Positions 44,681-54,215 of a stretch of DNA of 64,000 bases are shown in pieces; the stretch's first letter is position 1, and every line of letters starts with the position of its first letter. The notes below the pieces were generated by a model, which searched no databases, was not told where the DNA came from, and worked only from the letters and a program-made list of their open reading frames with translations. Made by a program: the position numbers and the translations under genes. This DNA is from an uncultured Candidatus Saccharibacteria bacterium (GTDB taxonomy: Bacteria > Patescibacteriota > Minisyncoccia > Phycocordibacterales > UBA12445), in assembly GCA_964531375.1 (NCBI GenBank), contig CAZHDO010000001.1, positions 2,282 to 66,281 of the forward strand, read 5' to 3'.

Positions 44681-45865
44681 GTGAAGAAAAAGCAAAATAA
44701 ATCAATATATCTTGATTATGCGGCAACCACTCCGGTAGACGAGAAGGTGTTGTTGGGAATGAGAAGGTTTTGGTCTACTGAATATGGTAATCCAGGATCT
44801 ATACATTCTTTGGGTGTTTCGGCAAACAAAGCACTCGAAGAGGCGAGAAAAAATATTGCATTACCGCTAGGCGCAAGGTCTTCCGAAATATTTTTTACGA
44901 GTGGTGGGACCGAATCAAACAATCTTGCAATCATGGGAGTTGCAAATTTTTTCAAGAGAATAAGTAATGGCAAAAAGCTCCATATTATAACTTCTAAAAT
45001 TGAACACCATTCGGTTTTGAAGCCTTTTAAATTTTTAGAGAAAAATGGTTTTGATGTTACTTATTTAAACACGTCTCCTTCTGGTCTTGTTAAGCCGGAA
45101 GATGTTAAGAAGGCAATAAAAGATAATACTGTGCTCGTTTCTTTGATGTACGCTAACAATGAGATTGGTACAATTCAGCCGATAAGAGAAATTTCCCAAA
45201 AAATAAAAGAAAAAAGAGGAGATAGAAATTATCCAATTTTTCATACTGATGCGTGTCAGGCTCCAGGTGCTCTGTCTTTACAGGTTTCAAATTTAGGGAT
45301 TGATTTAATGACGATTGGAGGGTCAAAGATATATGGACCAAAAGGGTCTGGATTTTTATATATCAAGAATGGCACTCCTGTTGACCCGGTATTTTTTGGT
45401 GGTGGTCAAGAAGGTGGTTTACGTTCAGGAACACAGAATGTGCCTGAGATTGTAGGTTTGTCTATTGCGTTAAGGCTTATCGAGGATAAAAGAAAAAAAG
45501 AGTCAGATAGGCTGACTATTTTGAGGGACTATTTTATTACTTCAGCTAAAAAAATAATTTCTAATTTGGAATTAAATGGCGATGCTAAACAAAGACTTCC
45601 AAATAATGTTAATTTTTATTTCCCAGGAATATCTGGAGAGCAATTGGTTATTGAACTTGATGCTAAGGGAGTAATGACTTCGACTGGAAGCGCCTGTTCA
45701 AGTAGGGAAGAGGCGCCATCTCATGTATTGGTTTCTGTTTACGGAAAAGAGGCAAGGGCGAACAGTTCTGTAAGATTTACTTTTGGCAGAGATACTACGA
45801 AAAATGATATATTAAAAACGGTAAAAATTTTACAAAATATCGTAGAGAGATTAAGAAAAAAATAA
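44681..45865 (+). CDS. iscS: Cysteine desulfurase (class V aminotransferase, IscS/NifS-like)
   Basis: IYLDYAATTP is the N-terminal signature. HTDACQAPG is present. TIGGSKIYGPKG is the PLP-lysine region. TSTGSACSS is the active-site Cys loop. Confidence 0.85.
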   Translation: MKKKQNKSIYLDYAATTPVDEKVLLGMRRFWSTEYGNPGSIHSLGVSANKALEEARKNIALPLGARSSEIFFTSGGTESNNLAIMGVANFFKRISNGKKLHIITSKIEHHSVLKPFKFLEKNGFDVTYLNTSPSGLVKPEDVKKAIKDNTVLVSLMYANNEIGTIQPIREISQKIKEKRGDRNYPIFHTDACQAPGALSLQVSNLGIDLMTIGGSKIYGPKGSGFLYIKNGTPVDPVFFGGGQEGGLRSGTQNVPEIVGLSIALRLIEDKRKKESDRLTILRDYFITSAKKIISNLELNGDAKQRLPNNVNFYFPGISGEQLVIELDAKGVMTSTGSACSSREEAPSHVLVSVYGKEARANSSVRFTFGRDTTKNDILKTVKILQNIVERLRKK

Positions 45866-45902
45866 TTTTTGCATTTATATTTTTTTGTTATAGAATAAGG
45901 GT

Positions 45903-46832
45903 GTGGAAGAGCTAAATAAAACACAAATTATACTATTGGCGATATTCATAACCCTCGTGACTTCTGCTGCGACGGGTGTGATTGTTGTGACCCTGATGGA
46001 TCAGGCTCCTCAAAGTATTACTCAGACAGTGAATAGAATAGTAGAGAGAACCGTTGAGAAGGTTGTTTCTCCTGGAAAAGTTGAAAAAACTGAAATAAAA
46101 CAAATCTTAAAAGAAGATGATACCGTTGTTTCTTCAATTAAAAAAACAAAGCTATCTCTTGTTCGTGTTGTTAGGGAAAAAGGCTCAGTTGAAAATATGA
46201 GCATCAATCCAAATCCAGTTGACTCATCTATTGGGCAGTCTGTTATTTTTGATGTTAATCAAGAAGCGAGTTTAAGCTTGGCTTTGCTTACTGAAGGCGA
46301 GGAGGGAAGTAAGATTGGCTTTTTTGTTTCAAACGACGGGTTAATTGTCACAAGCTCGAGTATTGTTGGTAGTGTAAATTCAAAATATTATGCAATTTTG
46401 TCAGACGGAACAAACGCTCCTTTAAGTTTGATTAAAAGTGAAAGTTCTTCTGGTGTGGCTTTGTTTAAGGTGGTGATTTCAAAAGATAAAAATTATTTTG
46501 TACCGATTAGTGCTCTTTCTAGCGACCAGGTTTCTCTCGGTAAAACTGTTATTTCAATGGGAATTGAGGGTGGAGCTAATGTCGTGTCTATGGGTTATGT
46601 GTCTTATGTGAGATTAGGGAATGCTTCTTCGACTCCTGTAATTAAGACAAGTATAAAGGCGCTAGAGAGCTGGGGCGGGCGTCCTTTAATTGATATAAAT
46701 GGTTTTTTGATTGGTATGTATGGTTCAAATAACGAAGTAATACCTTACTCTATAATAAAAAATTTAATTGGGGCTTCTACTGGTGCTAAGGTAGGTGACA
46801 TTTCAACCACAACTTACAAAAACACCAATTAG
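45903..46832 (+). CDS. Membrane-anchored trypsin-fold (S1/HtrA-like) protein with all three catalytic-triad positions substituted (predicted pseudo-protease)
   Basis: An N-terminal TM helix. IGFFVSNDGLIVTSSSIV fits the His-site pattern GfxISxDGxIlTNxHVV, with His replaced by Ser. GVALFKV fits the Asp-site DiAllKi, with Asp replaced by Gly. LESWGGRPLIDINGFLIGM fits GnSGGPLxxxxGxxIGI, with Ser replaced by Trp. Confidence 0.5.
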   Translation: MEELNKTQIILLAIFITLVTSAATGVIVVTLMDQAPQSITQTVNRIVERTVEKVVSPGKVEKTEIKQILKEDDTVVSSIKKTKLSLVRVVREKGSVENMSINPNPVDSSIGQSVIFDVNQEASLSLALLTEGEEGSKIGFFVSNDGLIVTSSSIVGSVNSKYYAILSDGTNAPLSLIKSESSSGVALFKVVISKDKNYFVPISALSSDQVSLGKTVISMGIEGGANVVSMGYVSYVRLGNASSTPVIKTSIKALESWGGRPLIDINGFLIGMYGSNNEVIPYSIIKNLIGASTGAKVGDISTTTYKNTN

Positions 46833-46918
46833 TTAATGTTTTAAGGTGTAATTTTAGTTTATTTGACAATTGACTTGTTGGTTATTAGAATGTGCGGAAA
46901 CAACTTAATTTAAAATAT

Positions 46919-49579
46919 ATGATTCCATTTAACAACTTAACTTCAAAAGCAAGGGAGACAATAAGAAAAGCTCACGAGCTTGTAATAGAGAGGGGTCAGA
47001 ATCAGGTCAATCCGATTCACCTTTTGGTATCTCTTTTAATACAAGAGGAGAGTCTTGTTTTGTCTATTTTGGATAAGATGGAAATAGATACCGCTCTTCT
47101 TCTTGATCAGTTACTTGAAAACGTCGAGGGCACTGAAAGTCCCAATGTCATTTCTCCTTCATATCAGATTTATTTAACAGCGGAACTCGTTAAAATTTTA
47201 GACGATTCGGCTAAGGTTGCTGCAAGTCTTAAGGATGATTTTATTTCAACCGAGCATCTTTTTATTTCCCTGATAGACGTTCCAAGTCAGGCAAGAGAAA
47301 TTCTAACTAGGTTTAAGATAAAAAGAGAAGATGTTGTCAGAATCCTTGAGGATATGAGGAAGAATAAGGGTGGTGATGTTGCGCCAAAAAAGAAGCCAAG
47401 AGCCCTTGAAAAATATACAAGAAATCTCACAAAGATGGCGATGGAGGATAAACTCGATCCTGTTATTGGACGTGATGAAGAGATTAGAAGAGTTATGCAG
47501 ATTCTTTCAAGGAGGACAAAAAATAATCCGGTATTAGTGGGCGAGGCCGGTACAGGTAAAACTGCCGTCGCGGAAGGTTTAGCGATAAGAATTGCTAAGG
47601 GTGACGTTCCTGAAATATTAAAAGGCAAAGAAATCGTTTCGCTTGATATTGGTTCTCTCGTTGCTGGTACGAAATTTAGAGGAGAATTTGAGGAGAGATT
47701 GAAAGCTATTCTTAAGGATATTGAAAGAGCTAGTGGAAATATAATTTTGTTTATAGATGAAATTCACACAATAGTTGGAGCTGGTGCGGCTGAAGGTTCG
47801 CTTGATGTTTCAAATATGATAAAGCCTGCGCTTGCAAGGGGTGAGCTTAGAGCTATTGGAGCCACAACTTTAAATGAATACCAAAAGCATATTGAAAAAG
47901 ATTCTGCTTTAGCTAGAAGATTCCAGCCTGTTCATATTGGTGAGCCAAGCATTGAAGACGCTGTTGCTATTTTAAGAGGCCTCAAAGATAGATACGCACT
48001 ACATCATGGTATTAGAATTACCGATGCCGCTATTGTCGCTGCTGTAAATTTATCTAGTAGATATATTGCAGATAGATTTTTGCCAGATAAAGCAATTGAC
48101 CTTATTGATGAAGCTTCTTCTTCTTTGCGTCTTCAGTTAGAGGACAAACCTATCGCAATTCAAGATACTGATAAGAAAATAATGAGATTGGAGGTTGAAA
48201 GAGAGGCTCTTAAAAAAGAAGCTGAAGGAAAAGATGTTCAGGCTAAGACTAGGATTAAAAAGATTGATAAAGAAGTCGCTGATCTAAGAGAAAAAATTTC
48301 AGAAGTTGATATGAGGTGGAAGAATGAGAAAAAAATAATCGCAGATATGAGAGCCTTGAAGAAAGACCTTGAGGGTCTTAGGCTTGATGCAGAATCAGCT
48401 GAAATGCGATCAGATTTAGCTTTGGCTGCGGAAATAAGATACGGGGTAATTCCTACTAAAGAAATCGCGCTTACTACTCTTGAAAATAAATTAGAAAAAT
48501 TATCCCCAAGAAGACTTCTTCGTGAAGAGGTTACAGAAGAAGACGTTGCAAATGTTGTTGCAAAATGGACTGGTATTCCTGTATTGAGAATGCTTGAAGA
48601 GGAGGCTGAAAAACTAAAAAGAATGGAGGAAGAACTTAAGAAAAAAGTTCTTGGTCAAGACGAGGCAATCAAGAAAATTTCTGAGGCTATCAGGAGGTCA
48701 AGGGCTGGTGTTGGTGATCCAGATAGACCAATTGGCTCATTTATGTTCTTGGGCCCATCAGGTGTTGGAAAGACTGAACTTGCAAAGACTTTGTCTCAAT
48801 TCTTGTTTAATGACGAGAAGGCGATAATTAGAATTGATATGTCAGAGTTTATGGAGAAACATTCAGTTTCTAAACTGATTGGTTCACCTCCAGGATATGT
48901 CGGCTACGATGAAGCTGGAAAACTTACAGAACAGGTGAGACATAGACCATATTCGATTGTTCTCTTTGATGAAATCGAAAAAGCTCATCCAGAGGTGTTT
49001 AACATTCTTCTTCAGGTACTAGACAACGGACGTCTTACTGATTCAAAAGGAAGAACAGTAAATTTCAAGAATACTGTAATTATTTTAACTTCAAACATTG
49101 GTTCAGAATTCGTAAATAAAATGGAGACTATCGGTTTTGGAAACGGTAGTGCCGATAGGACCGAATACAATATGATGAAGGAGAGAATTATGGAAAGGCT
49201 TAAGGATAGCTTCAGACCAGAGTTCTTAAATCGTCTTGATGAAATACTTATCTTTGATGTTTTGAATAAAGAAACCATTAAAGGTATCGTTGGTGTTCAA
49301 ATCGATATACTAAAGAAAAGATTGTCTGATAAAGGAATTCTATTGGAAGTTAGGCCTGACGTATTCGAATACCTTTCTTCCCAAGGAATCAACCCTCAGT
49401 ATGGTGCTAGACCCCTAAAAAGGCTTATTCAGACAAAGATATTGAATAGGGTGGCTGAATATGTTATATCTAAGAGTCTAGGGGCGAAATCAGTCATTCT
49501 TGTCGATGTGAAAAATAATGATATAATAGTCGACGTTAATGAAGGAATTGAAGCAAGGGTGTCTGTAAAAAAGCGTTAA
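46919..49579 (+). CDS. clpB: ATP-dependent chaperone ClpB; ATG at 46919 is preferred over the GTG at 46892
   Basis: The N-domain is [13 protein letters not shown].... Both AAA+ modules are present (GEAGTGKTA and GPSGVGKTE Walker A). The long middle coiled-coil domain distinguishes ClpB from ClpA. Confidence 0.95.
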   Translation: MIPFNNLTSKARETIRKAHELVIERGQNQVNPIHLLVSLLIQEESLVLSILDKMEIDTALLLDQLLENVEGTESPNVISPSYQIYLTAELVKILDDSAKVAASLKDDFISTEHLFISLIDVPSQAREILTRFKIKREDVVRILEDMRKNKGGDVAPKKKPRALEKYTRNLTKMAMEDKLDPVIGRDEEIRRVMQILSRRTKNNPVLVGEAGTGKTAVAEGLAIRIAKGDVPEILKGKEIVSLDIGSLVAGTKFRGEFEERLKAILKDIERASGNIILFIDEIHTIVGAGAAEGSLDVSNMIKPALARGELRAIGATTLNEYQKHIEKDSALARRFQPVHIGEPSIEDAVAILRGLKDRYALHHGIRITDAAIVAAVNLSSRYIADRFLPDKAIDLIDEASSSLRLQLEDKPIAIQDTDKKIMRLEVEREALKKEAEGKDVQAKTRIKKIDKEVADLREKISEVDMRWKNEKKIIADMRALKKDLEGLRLDAESAEMRSDLALAAEIRYGVIPTKEIALTTLENKLEKLSPRRLLREEVTEEDVANVVAKWTGIPVLRMLEEEAEKLKRMEEELKKKVLGQDEAIKKISEAIRRSRAGVGDPDRPIGSFMFLGPSGVGKTELAKTLSQFLFNDEKAIIRIDMSEFMEKHSVSKLIGSPPGYVGYDEAGKLTEQVRHRPYSIVLFDEIEKAHPEVFNILLQVLDNGRLTDSKGRTVNFKNTVIILTSNIGSEFVNKMETIGFGNGSADRTEYNMMKERIMERLKDSFRPEFLNRLDEILIFDVLNKETIKGIVGVQIDILKKRLSDKGILLEVRPDVFEYLSSQGINPQYGARPLKRLIQTKILNRVAEYVISKSLGAKSVILVDVKNNDIIVDVNEGIEARVSVKKR

Positions 49580-49599
49580 GTGTTGAAAATTAAATATCT

Positions 49600-49619
49600 G
49601 GCAGTGTAAAAACACTGCC
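49600..49619 (+). terminator. Hairpin downstream of clpB (ggcagtg-taaaaa-cactgcc), immediately 5' of tRNA-Tyr; it has no U-tract, so it may be a processing or attenuating structure rather than a terminator
   Basis: A perfect 7-bp stem lies 20 nt after the clpB stop. Confidence 0.35.
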
Positions 49620-49623
49620 ATCT

Positions 49624-49706
49624 GCGCAGGTGGTAGAGTGGTCAATTACAACAGACTGTAAATCTGTCGGCTTCGGCCTACGAAGGTTCGAATCCTTCCC
49701 TGCGCA
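49624..49706 (+). tRNA. tRNA-Tyr (anticodon GUA), class II with a long variable arm
   Basis: GCGCAGGTGGTAGAGTGGTCAATTACAACAGACTGTAAATCTGTCGGCTTCGGCCTACGAAGGTTCGAATCCTTCCCTGCGCA. The anticodon loop is CTGTAAA. Confidence 0.85.
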
Positions 49707-49740
49707 TAAATTATAAACACCGAAAGGTGTTTTAATTTTG

Positions 49741-49795
49741 CGCAGGAGCAAGACAACTGCTTGTCTTGCGCGAAGGATTCGAAAAGCTTCTCCCT
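49741..49795 (+). repeat. tRNA-Tyr-derived remnant (acceptor plus T-arm-like, gcgcagg...gaaggattcgaa)
   Basis: It shares the 5' acceptor GCGCAGG and the T-arm GAAGGaTTCGAA with the adjacent tRNA-Tyr. An internal hairpin gcaagacaa-ctg-cttgtcttgc replaces the body. Confidence 0.4.
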
Positions 49796-50301
49796 TATAT
49801 TTTAGGATTAGATAATCCTAAAATATGGGAAAGCTATACTGTCCCTGTAAGGGAAGAATCCTTTTTTATGTCAACAAATAAATATCGGGTACAGCGAAGC
49901 GGATTCCAGAGGATAGGTGTAATCTCGCATTTAACGCTAGCCTCTTTGATAGATTTATTATTTTGACTAATTAATTTTCTAAAATTATTACTCTGTTTTT
50001 ATAAGATAGCGATAATTAAAAGAATATTAGTGCTGCGTTAAGGAGTCTTTTTTGCTATTATGTTTATATAATTAAATAAAATTCATTAGGGTGTGATAAA
50101 AAATTCGTTTAAGAATAAAAAAGTTTCATTACCCCAATTACCTTAATAGTTCATATGTGTTTGAGGGGTTAAAATTTGTTTTGAACAAAAGAATTCAGTG
50201 AGATTAAGGAAAGGTTTAAAGAGCGGTATTTATGTTGATTAATGGTTTTTTATTTTTAAAAGTATTTTAATTTAGTAAAAATATAACTACTCTTTTAATA
50301 T

Positions 50302-50868
50302 ATGTATATATCACCTTTAATTCTAATTTTTGCATGGATATTATATAGTCACTATAAAGATGTATCTCGAGATCGAATTTTTGATTTGGAAAACGAAATT
50401 AAGAATTTAAAAAATAAAGACAAATATTCTTTATATAAGGATGATTACTATGTTGAAGAATCAAGACAAAACAGCATAAAACAAGAAATTATGTATTATC
50501 CATCAGAGGCTCAGGATCGAAGCATGTTGGGCGTTAAACACGACGCATCGTCTGAAAAAATAAGGGAAGCTTATTTATTAAAAGTTCGAGAGGCAAAGGG
50601 TGGTGGTGTAGAATTAAATACAGATATTTACTCAGCTTATAAAAGGTTGTCGAATATAGAAAAAAAGCGCACGGAAATCAGGGAAAAAGAGAATGAAAAA
50701 AATAAGGAAAAAATAAAGCAGGTTAATGAAGAAAGGGAATACGACAACGAGGAGTCAATTGTTTTTAACTGTGGCTCCTGTGGTAAACAAATAAGACAGA
50801 ATAGAGATCAGGGGAAAATATCAATAATTTGTCCATATTGCCATCGTGTATCAAGGGTTATAACGTAA
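50302..50868 (+). CDS. Hypothetical membrane-anchored protein with a J-like domain (HPD replaced by GGG) and a C-terminal Zn-ribbon
   Basis: An N-terminal TM segment. SMLGVKHDASSEKIREAYLLKVREAKGGG...IYSAYKRL follows the J-domain helix II/III pattern (ILGV..DAS..EIK.AYRKL...HPD) without the HPD. A CGSCGK...CPYCHR zinc ribbon follows. Confidence 0.35.
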   Translation: MYISPLILIFAWILYSHYKDVSRDRIFDLENEIKNLKNKDKYSLYKDDYYVEESRQNSIKQEIMYYPSEAQDRSMLGVKHDASSEKIREAYLLKVREAKGGGVELNTDIYSAYKRLSNIEKKRTEIREKENEKNKEKIKQVNEEREYDNEESIVFNCGSCGKQIRQNRDQGKISIICPYCHRVSRVIT

Positions 50869-50975
50869 AATATATAAAATTGATATTTCACTAAGTATTT
50901 TTTATTGATACATAGCTCGTATTATTTATCTTGTAAGTTAATTTAGCCCTCCCTTGGCCTAATTTTAAATTTATA

Positions 50976-51005
50976 ATACTATATCAATATATCTTGATAT
51001 AGTAT
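50976..51005. promoter_or_regulatory. Perfect 12-6-12 inverted repeat (atactatatcaa-tatatc-ttgatatagtat) overlapping a TATAAT box (50972-50977), immediately upstream of arsR; candidate ArsR/SmtB operator
   Basis: A perfect palindrome 3 nt upstream of the arsR start. Confidence 0.5.
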
Positions 51006-51008
51006 TTA

Positions 51009-51326
51009 ATGAAAACAATATCTTGCAAAAGTAAAGAATCTGCTTGCAAACTTGCCAAAACGGTTGAGTTTCTTGGGGTTATTGCCGAAGAAAATAGATT
51101 AAAGGCACTCTGTTTTCTTCGGTCCGGAGAAAAGTGTGTTTGTGAAATATGGCAATTTTTGAATATTCCTCAAAATCTAGCTTCTCATCATTTAAAAGTA
51201 TTGAAGGATTTTGGGTTGGTTAATGATCGAAAAGAAGGAATGAAAGTTTTTTATTCGCTTAATAAAAAGGAGTTATTAGGGTTTAATTTATTATTAAATA
51301 GGTTTTTAAAAACAAATGGAAAATAA
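51009..51326 (+). CDS. ArsR/SmtB-family metal(loid)-responsive transcriptional regulator
   Basis: ALCFLRSGEKCVCEIWQFLNIPQNLASHHLKVLKDFGLV is the winged-HTH with a Cys pair in the metal-sensing position. Confidence 0.8.
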   Translation: MKTISCKSKESACKLAKTVEFLGVIAEENRLKALCFLRSGEKCVCEIWQFLNIPQNLASHHLKVLKDFGLVNDRKEGMKVFYSLNKKELLGFNLLLNRFLKTNGK

Positions 51327-51627
51327 AAATATTAAAATTCAGGTTTTGGGTTCGGGATGTGCGACATGTAAGAAATTATATGAATCAGTTAAAGAAGCCG
51401 TTGTCGAAATGAATTTAGGATTAGAGGTTGAGTATGTTACTGATATTCAGAAAATTGTTTCTATGGGTATTATGTCTAGTCCAGCAATCGCTATTAATGA
51501 TAAACCTGTCTTAGCGGGTTCTTTGCCTAATAAAGAAAAAATAAAACAAATAATTTCCGATTTTATCTCAAATAACAAAAACGAATCTGATACGTCTTGT
51601 GGGTGTAGTTGTAATGGTAAATGTTAA
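51316..51627 (+). CDS. Thioredoxin-fold redox-active disulfide protein (TM0996/'redox-active disulfide protein 2' family) with a C-terminal Cys-rich tail
   Basis: IQVLGSGCATCKKL is the CxxC motif. A CGCSCNGKC tail is present. The ArsR-adjacent context is conserved. Confidence 0.65.
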   Translation: MENKNIKIQVLGSGCATCKKLYESVKEAVVEMNLGLEVEYVTDIQKIVSMGIMSSPAIAINDKPVLAGSLPNKEKIKQIISDFISNNKNESDTSCGCSCNGKC

Positions 51628-51636
51628 TTAAAAAAA

Positions 51637-52605
51637 ATGAGCATATTTTACCCAATACAATTATTTGCAGATTGGCTGACATATTCAGTTTTTGGACTTA
51701 TGCCTGAGACCTTGTTTGCGGGTGCGGTTAATTTCTTTTTATTCGATACAATAAAGATATTTACCCTCTTATCTGTAATTATTTTTACTGTCTCAATTGT
51801 CCGGTCATATTTACCACCAGAAAAAATAAGAAATTTTTTGTCTCATAAAAATAGCTATAAAGATAATATCATCGCGTCACTTTTGGGAATTATTACTCCA
51901 TTTTGCTCTTGTTCAGCTATTCCGTTGTTTTTAGGATTTGTTCAAGCAGGCGTTCCTCTTGGGGTTACCTTTTCTTTTTTGGTTGCTTCTCCAATGATAA
52001 ATGAAGTGGCCCTAGTAATGCTTTTGGGTTTATTTGGTTGGAAAATAGCTCTCACTTATATATTGAGTGGTCTTGTTATCGCAATTTTGTCGGGAATAAT
52101 TATTGGCAAAATGAAGGTGGAGAATTTGGTGGAATCTTTTGTTTATGAAAACAAAATAAATGGAAAAGTTGAGCTACCTAATATGACAAGAAAAGAAAGG
52201 GTTATTTATGCGAGGGACTATACCTTAGATATTTTAAAAAAGGTTTGGCCGTATGTTCTTATTGGTATTGGAGCTGGGGCTTGGATACATGGCTATGTAC
52301 CAGCCGATTTTCTTGTAACATATGCAGGCGCCGACAAGTGGTACGCTGTTCCTCTTGCTGTGCTTGTTGGTATTCCTCTTTATTCTAACGCCGCTGGGAT
52401 CATTCCTCTTGTGTCTGCCTTAACTGAAAAGGGTGTGGCTATCGGCACAACTTTGGCTTTTATGATGTCTGTTACCGCCTTATCCTTACCAGAATTTATG
52501 ATTTTGAAGAGGGTAATGAAAACAAAACTTATTGTTATTTTTGCCAGTATTGTTGGCGTGGGAATAACGTTAACGGGATTTTTATTTAATTTTATTTTGG
52601 AATGA
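51637..52605 (+). CDS. Permease (COG0701/DUF318-type, two-repeat membrane transporter)
   Basis: There are about 8 TM helices and a PFCSCSAIP Cys motif. The family typically occurs with ArsR and redox-active disulfide protein 2. Confidence 0.65.
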   Translation: MSIFYPIQLFADWLTYSVFGLMPETLFAGAVNFFLFDTIKIFTLLSVIIFTVSIVRSYLPPEKIRNFLSHKNSYKDNIIASLLGIITPFCSCSAIPLFLGFVQAGVPLGVTFSFLVASPMINEVALVMLLGLFGWKIALTYILSGLVIAILSGIIIGKMKVENLVESFVYENKINGKVELPNMTRKERVIYARDYTLDILKKVWPYVLIGIGAGAWIHGYVPADFLVTYAGADKWYAVPLAVLVGIPLYSNAAGIIPLVSALTEKGVAIGTTLAFMMSVTALSLPEFMILKRVMKTKLIVIFASIVGVGITLTGFLFNFILE

Positions 52606-52683
52606 TTTCATAATATGAAAGAAAAATATCACCTGTGTTGTATTAGTAGTATAGAAGGTGGTATTAATAATTAATTCAATTTT

Positions 52684-53073
52684 ATGAAAAATAAAATATT
52701 AGGATTAGGGGTCTTGGCTTTGGTTTTAGGTTCAGCCTCTTTGTTGGCGGGCGGTGTTGAGGCTTATAAGGGTGATCCAGGTATTAAGGGTCCAAATTAT
52801 TCTGCAGAACGTCATGATGCAATGACAAAGGCTTTTGCAAATAAGGATTATGTTGCATGGAGTAAGCTTATGCAGGGCAAGGGTATGGTTAGTCAGATTA
52901 TAAATAAGGATAATTTTGCTAAATTTGCGGAAGCTCACAACCTAGCTCTTCAGGGTAAGAACGTAGAGGCCCAAAAAATAAGACAAGAGCTTGGTCTTGG
53001 AAAAAAAGACGGTTCTGGTAAGGGTCAGGGGGCTGGTAGGGGGATGGGGAGAGGTGGATGCTTAAATAAATAA
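52684..53073 (+). CDS. Secreted hypothetical protein with a Gly/Lys-rich C-terminus
   Basis: Signal peptide MKNKILGLGVLALVLGSASLLAGGVEA. The C-terminus is GSGKGQGAGRGMGRGGC. A terminator lies at 53084-53109. Confidence 0.3.
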   Translation: MKNKILGLGVLALVLGSASLLAGGVEAYKGDPGIKGPNYSAERHDAMTKAFANKDYVAWSKLMQGKGMVSQIINKDNFAKFAEAHNLALQGKNVEAQKIRQELGLGKKDGSGKGQGAGRGMGRGGCLNK

Positions 53074-53083
53074 TTTATATCTT

Positions 53084-53109
53084 AAACCCCGATTAAATAT
53101 CGGGGTTTA
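53084..53109 (+). terminator. Rho-independent terminator (aaaccccgat-taaat-atcggggttt)
   Basis: A perfect 10-bp stem plus a T-containing tail. Confidence 0.65.
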
Positions 53110-53145
53110 GTGATTCTTTGGTAATATTGATAGAATACAACACAG

Positions 53146-53688
53146 ATGAATGACAACATAAAATTTTTAGACGAAGAAATTGTAGAGAAAACTAGATCTG
53201 AAGATCAGAGTCTTTACTTTGTGATAATTGAAAGATACCAGTCTAAACTTTTGAGGTATGTTTTTAATTTAATAAAAGACGAAGATAAGGCGGCTGATGT
53301 TGTTCAGGAAACTTTCATTAAGGCGTTTATTAATTTAAATGGTTTTGATACTAAAAAGAAATTTTCTAGTTGGATATACAGAATCGCGCACAACGAAACC
53401 TTAAATATTATTAAAAAATACGAAAAAGAAACACCAATACCGGATGATTTTGAAGTTGAAAGCGAAGAAAGTATTGAAAAGGATTTCGAAAAAAGAGAAA
53501 TAAAAAACAGGGTTGAGAAGTGTTTGAGTGATTTGCCGATACTGTATTCCGAACCCCTTACTCTTTATTATATTGATGAAAAGTCGTATGAGGAGATTGG
53601 TGATATTTTACAAATACCAATGGGGACAGTCGCCGTTCGTATTAGTAGGGCAAAAGTATTAATGAAAAAAATATGTCAAAAGATCTAA
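53146..53688 (+). CDS. ECF-type sigma-70 family RNA polymerase sigma factor
   Basis: Region 2 is LLRYVFNLIKDEDKAADVVQETFIKAF...WIYRIAHNETLN. Region 4 is YEEIGDILQIPMGTVAVRISRA. Confidence 0.8.
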   Translation: MNDNIKFLDEEIVEKTRSEDQSLYFVIIERYQSKLLRYVFNLIKDEDKAADVVQETFIKAFINLNGFDTKKKFSSWIYRIAHNETLNIIKKYEKETPIPDDFEVESEESIEKDFEKREIKNRVEKCLSDLPILYSEPLTLYYIDEKSYEEIGDILQIPMGTVAVRISRAKVLMKKICQKI

Positions 53689-54155
53689 AAAACATTAAGG
53701 ATTCTGTTATGGATAAAATTAACAATGGTCAGGTAAAAATGAAGCCCAAGGTATTTTTTGTTATTGGTTCTTTGTTAACCTTTATTGGGCTCGTGAGTTC
53801 AATAATAACTTCAGTTTTTTTGATTGCAATAACAAGATTTTTTATGCGGGCACATGGGCCGATGGGCGCGGTTAGATTAGATCAACTAACTTCAAATTTT
53901 CCTTGGTGGGCGCCGGTTATTGCTGTTATTTCGTTGTTAATCGGAATAAAACTTCTTCGATATTATGATTTTTCATATAAGAAAAATTTTGCTTTTATAG
54001 TTTTTGTTTTTGTATTAGCTGTTTTTGTAACAGGGTGGGTTTTTGACATGACAGGCTTAAATGATATTTGGCTTCAGCGAGGACCCATGAGGGGAATGAT
54101 GAGACAGTACTTTCAGACAAACAATGGTCAGTTTGATAAAGGTGAAAGATTGTAG
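53673..54155 (+). CDS. Putative anti-sigma factor/membrane protein
   Basis: It overlaps the sigma gene by 16 nt, has 3-4 TM helices and is small (160 aa). Confidence 0.4.
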   Translation: MSKDLKNIKDSVMDKINNGQVKMKPKVFFVIGSLLTFIGLVSSIITSVFLIAITRFFMRAHGPMGAVRLDQLTSNFPWWAPVIAVISLLIGIKLLRYYDFSYKKNFAFIVFVFVLAVFVTGWVFDMTGLNDIWLQRGPMRGMMRQYFQTNNGQFDKGERL

Positions 54156-54215
54156 AAATTGTGATTTTATTTTGTATTAGAAAATAAAAAGCATTTAATA
54201 ATTAATATTATAAAA

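Noticed and set aside
46892-46918. The GTG start for clpB at 46892
   Set aside because: ClpB N-domains begin at the MIPFNNLT-like motif. The ATG at 46919 gives the canonical N-terminus.
49766-49966. The 66-aa ORF after tRNA-Tyr
   Set aside because: It starts within the tRNA-Tyr remnant and has no SD or motif. It is likely non-coding.
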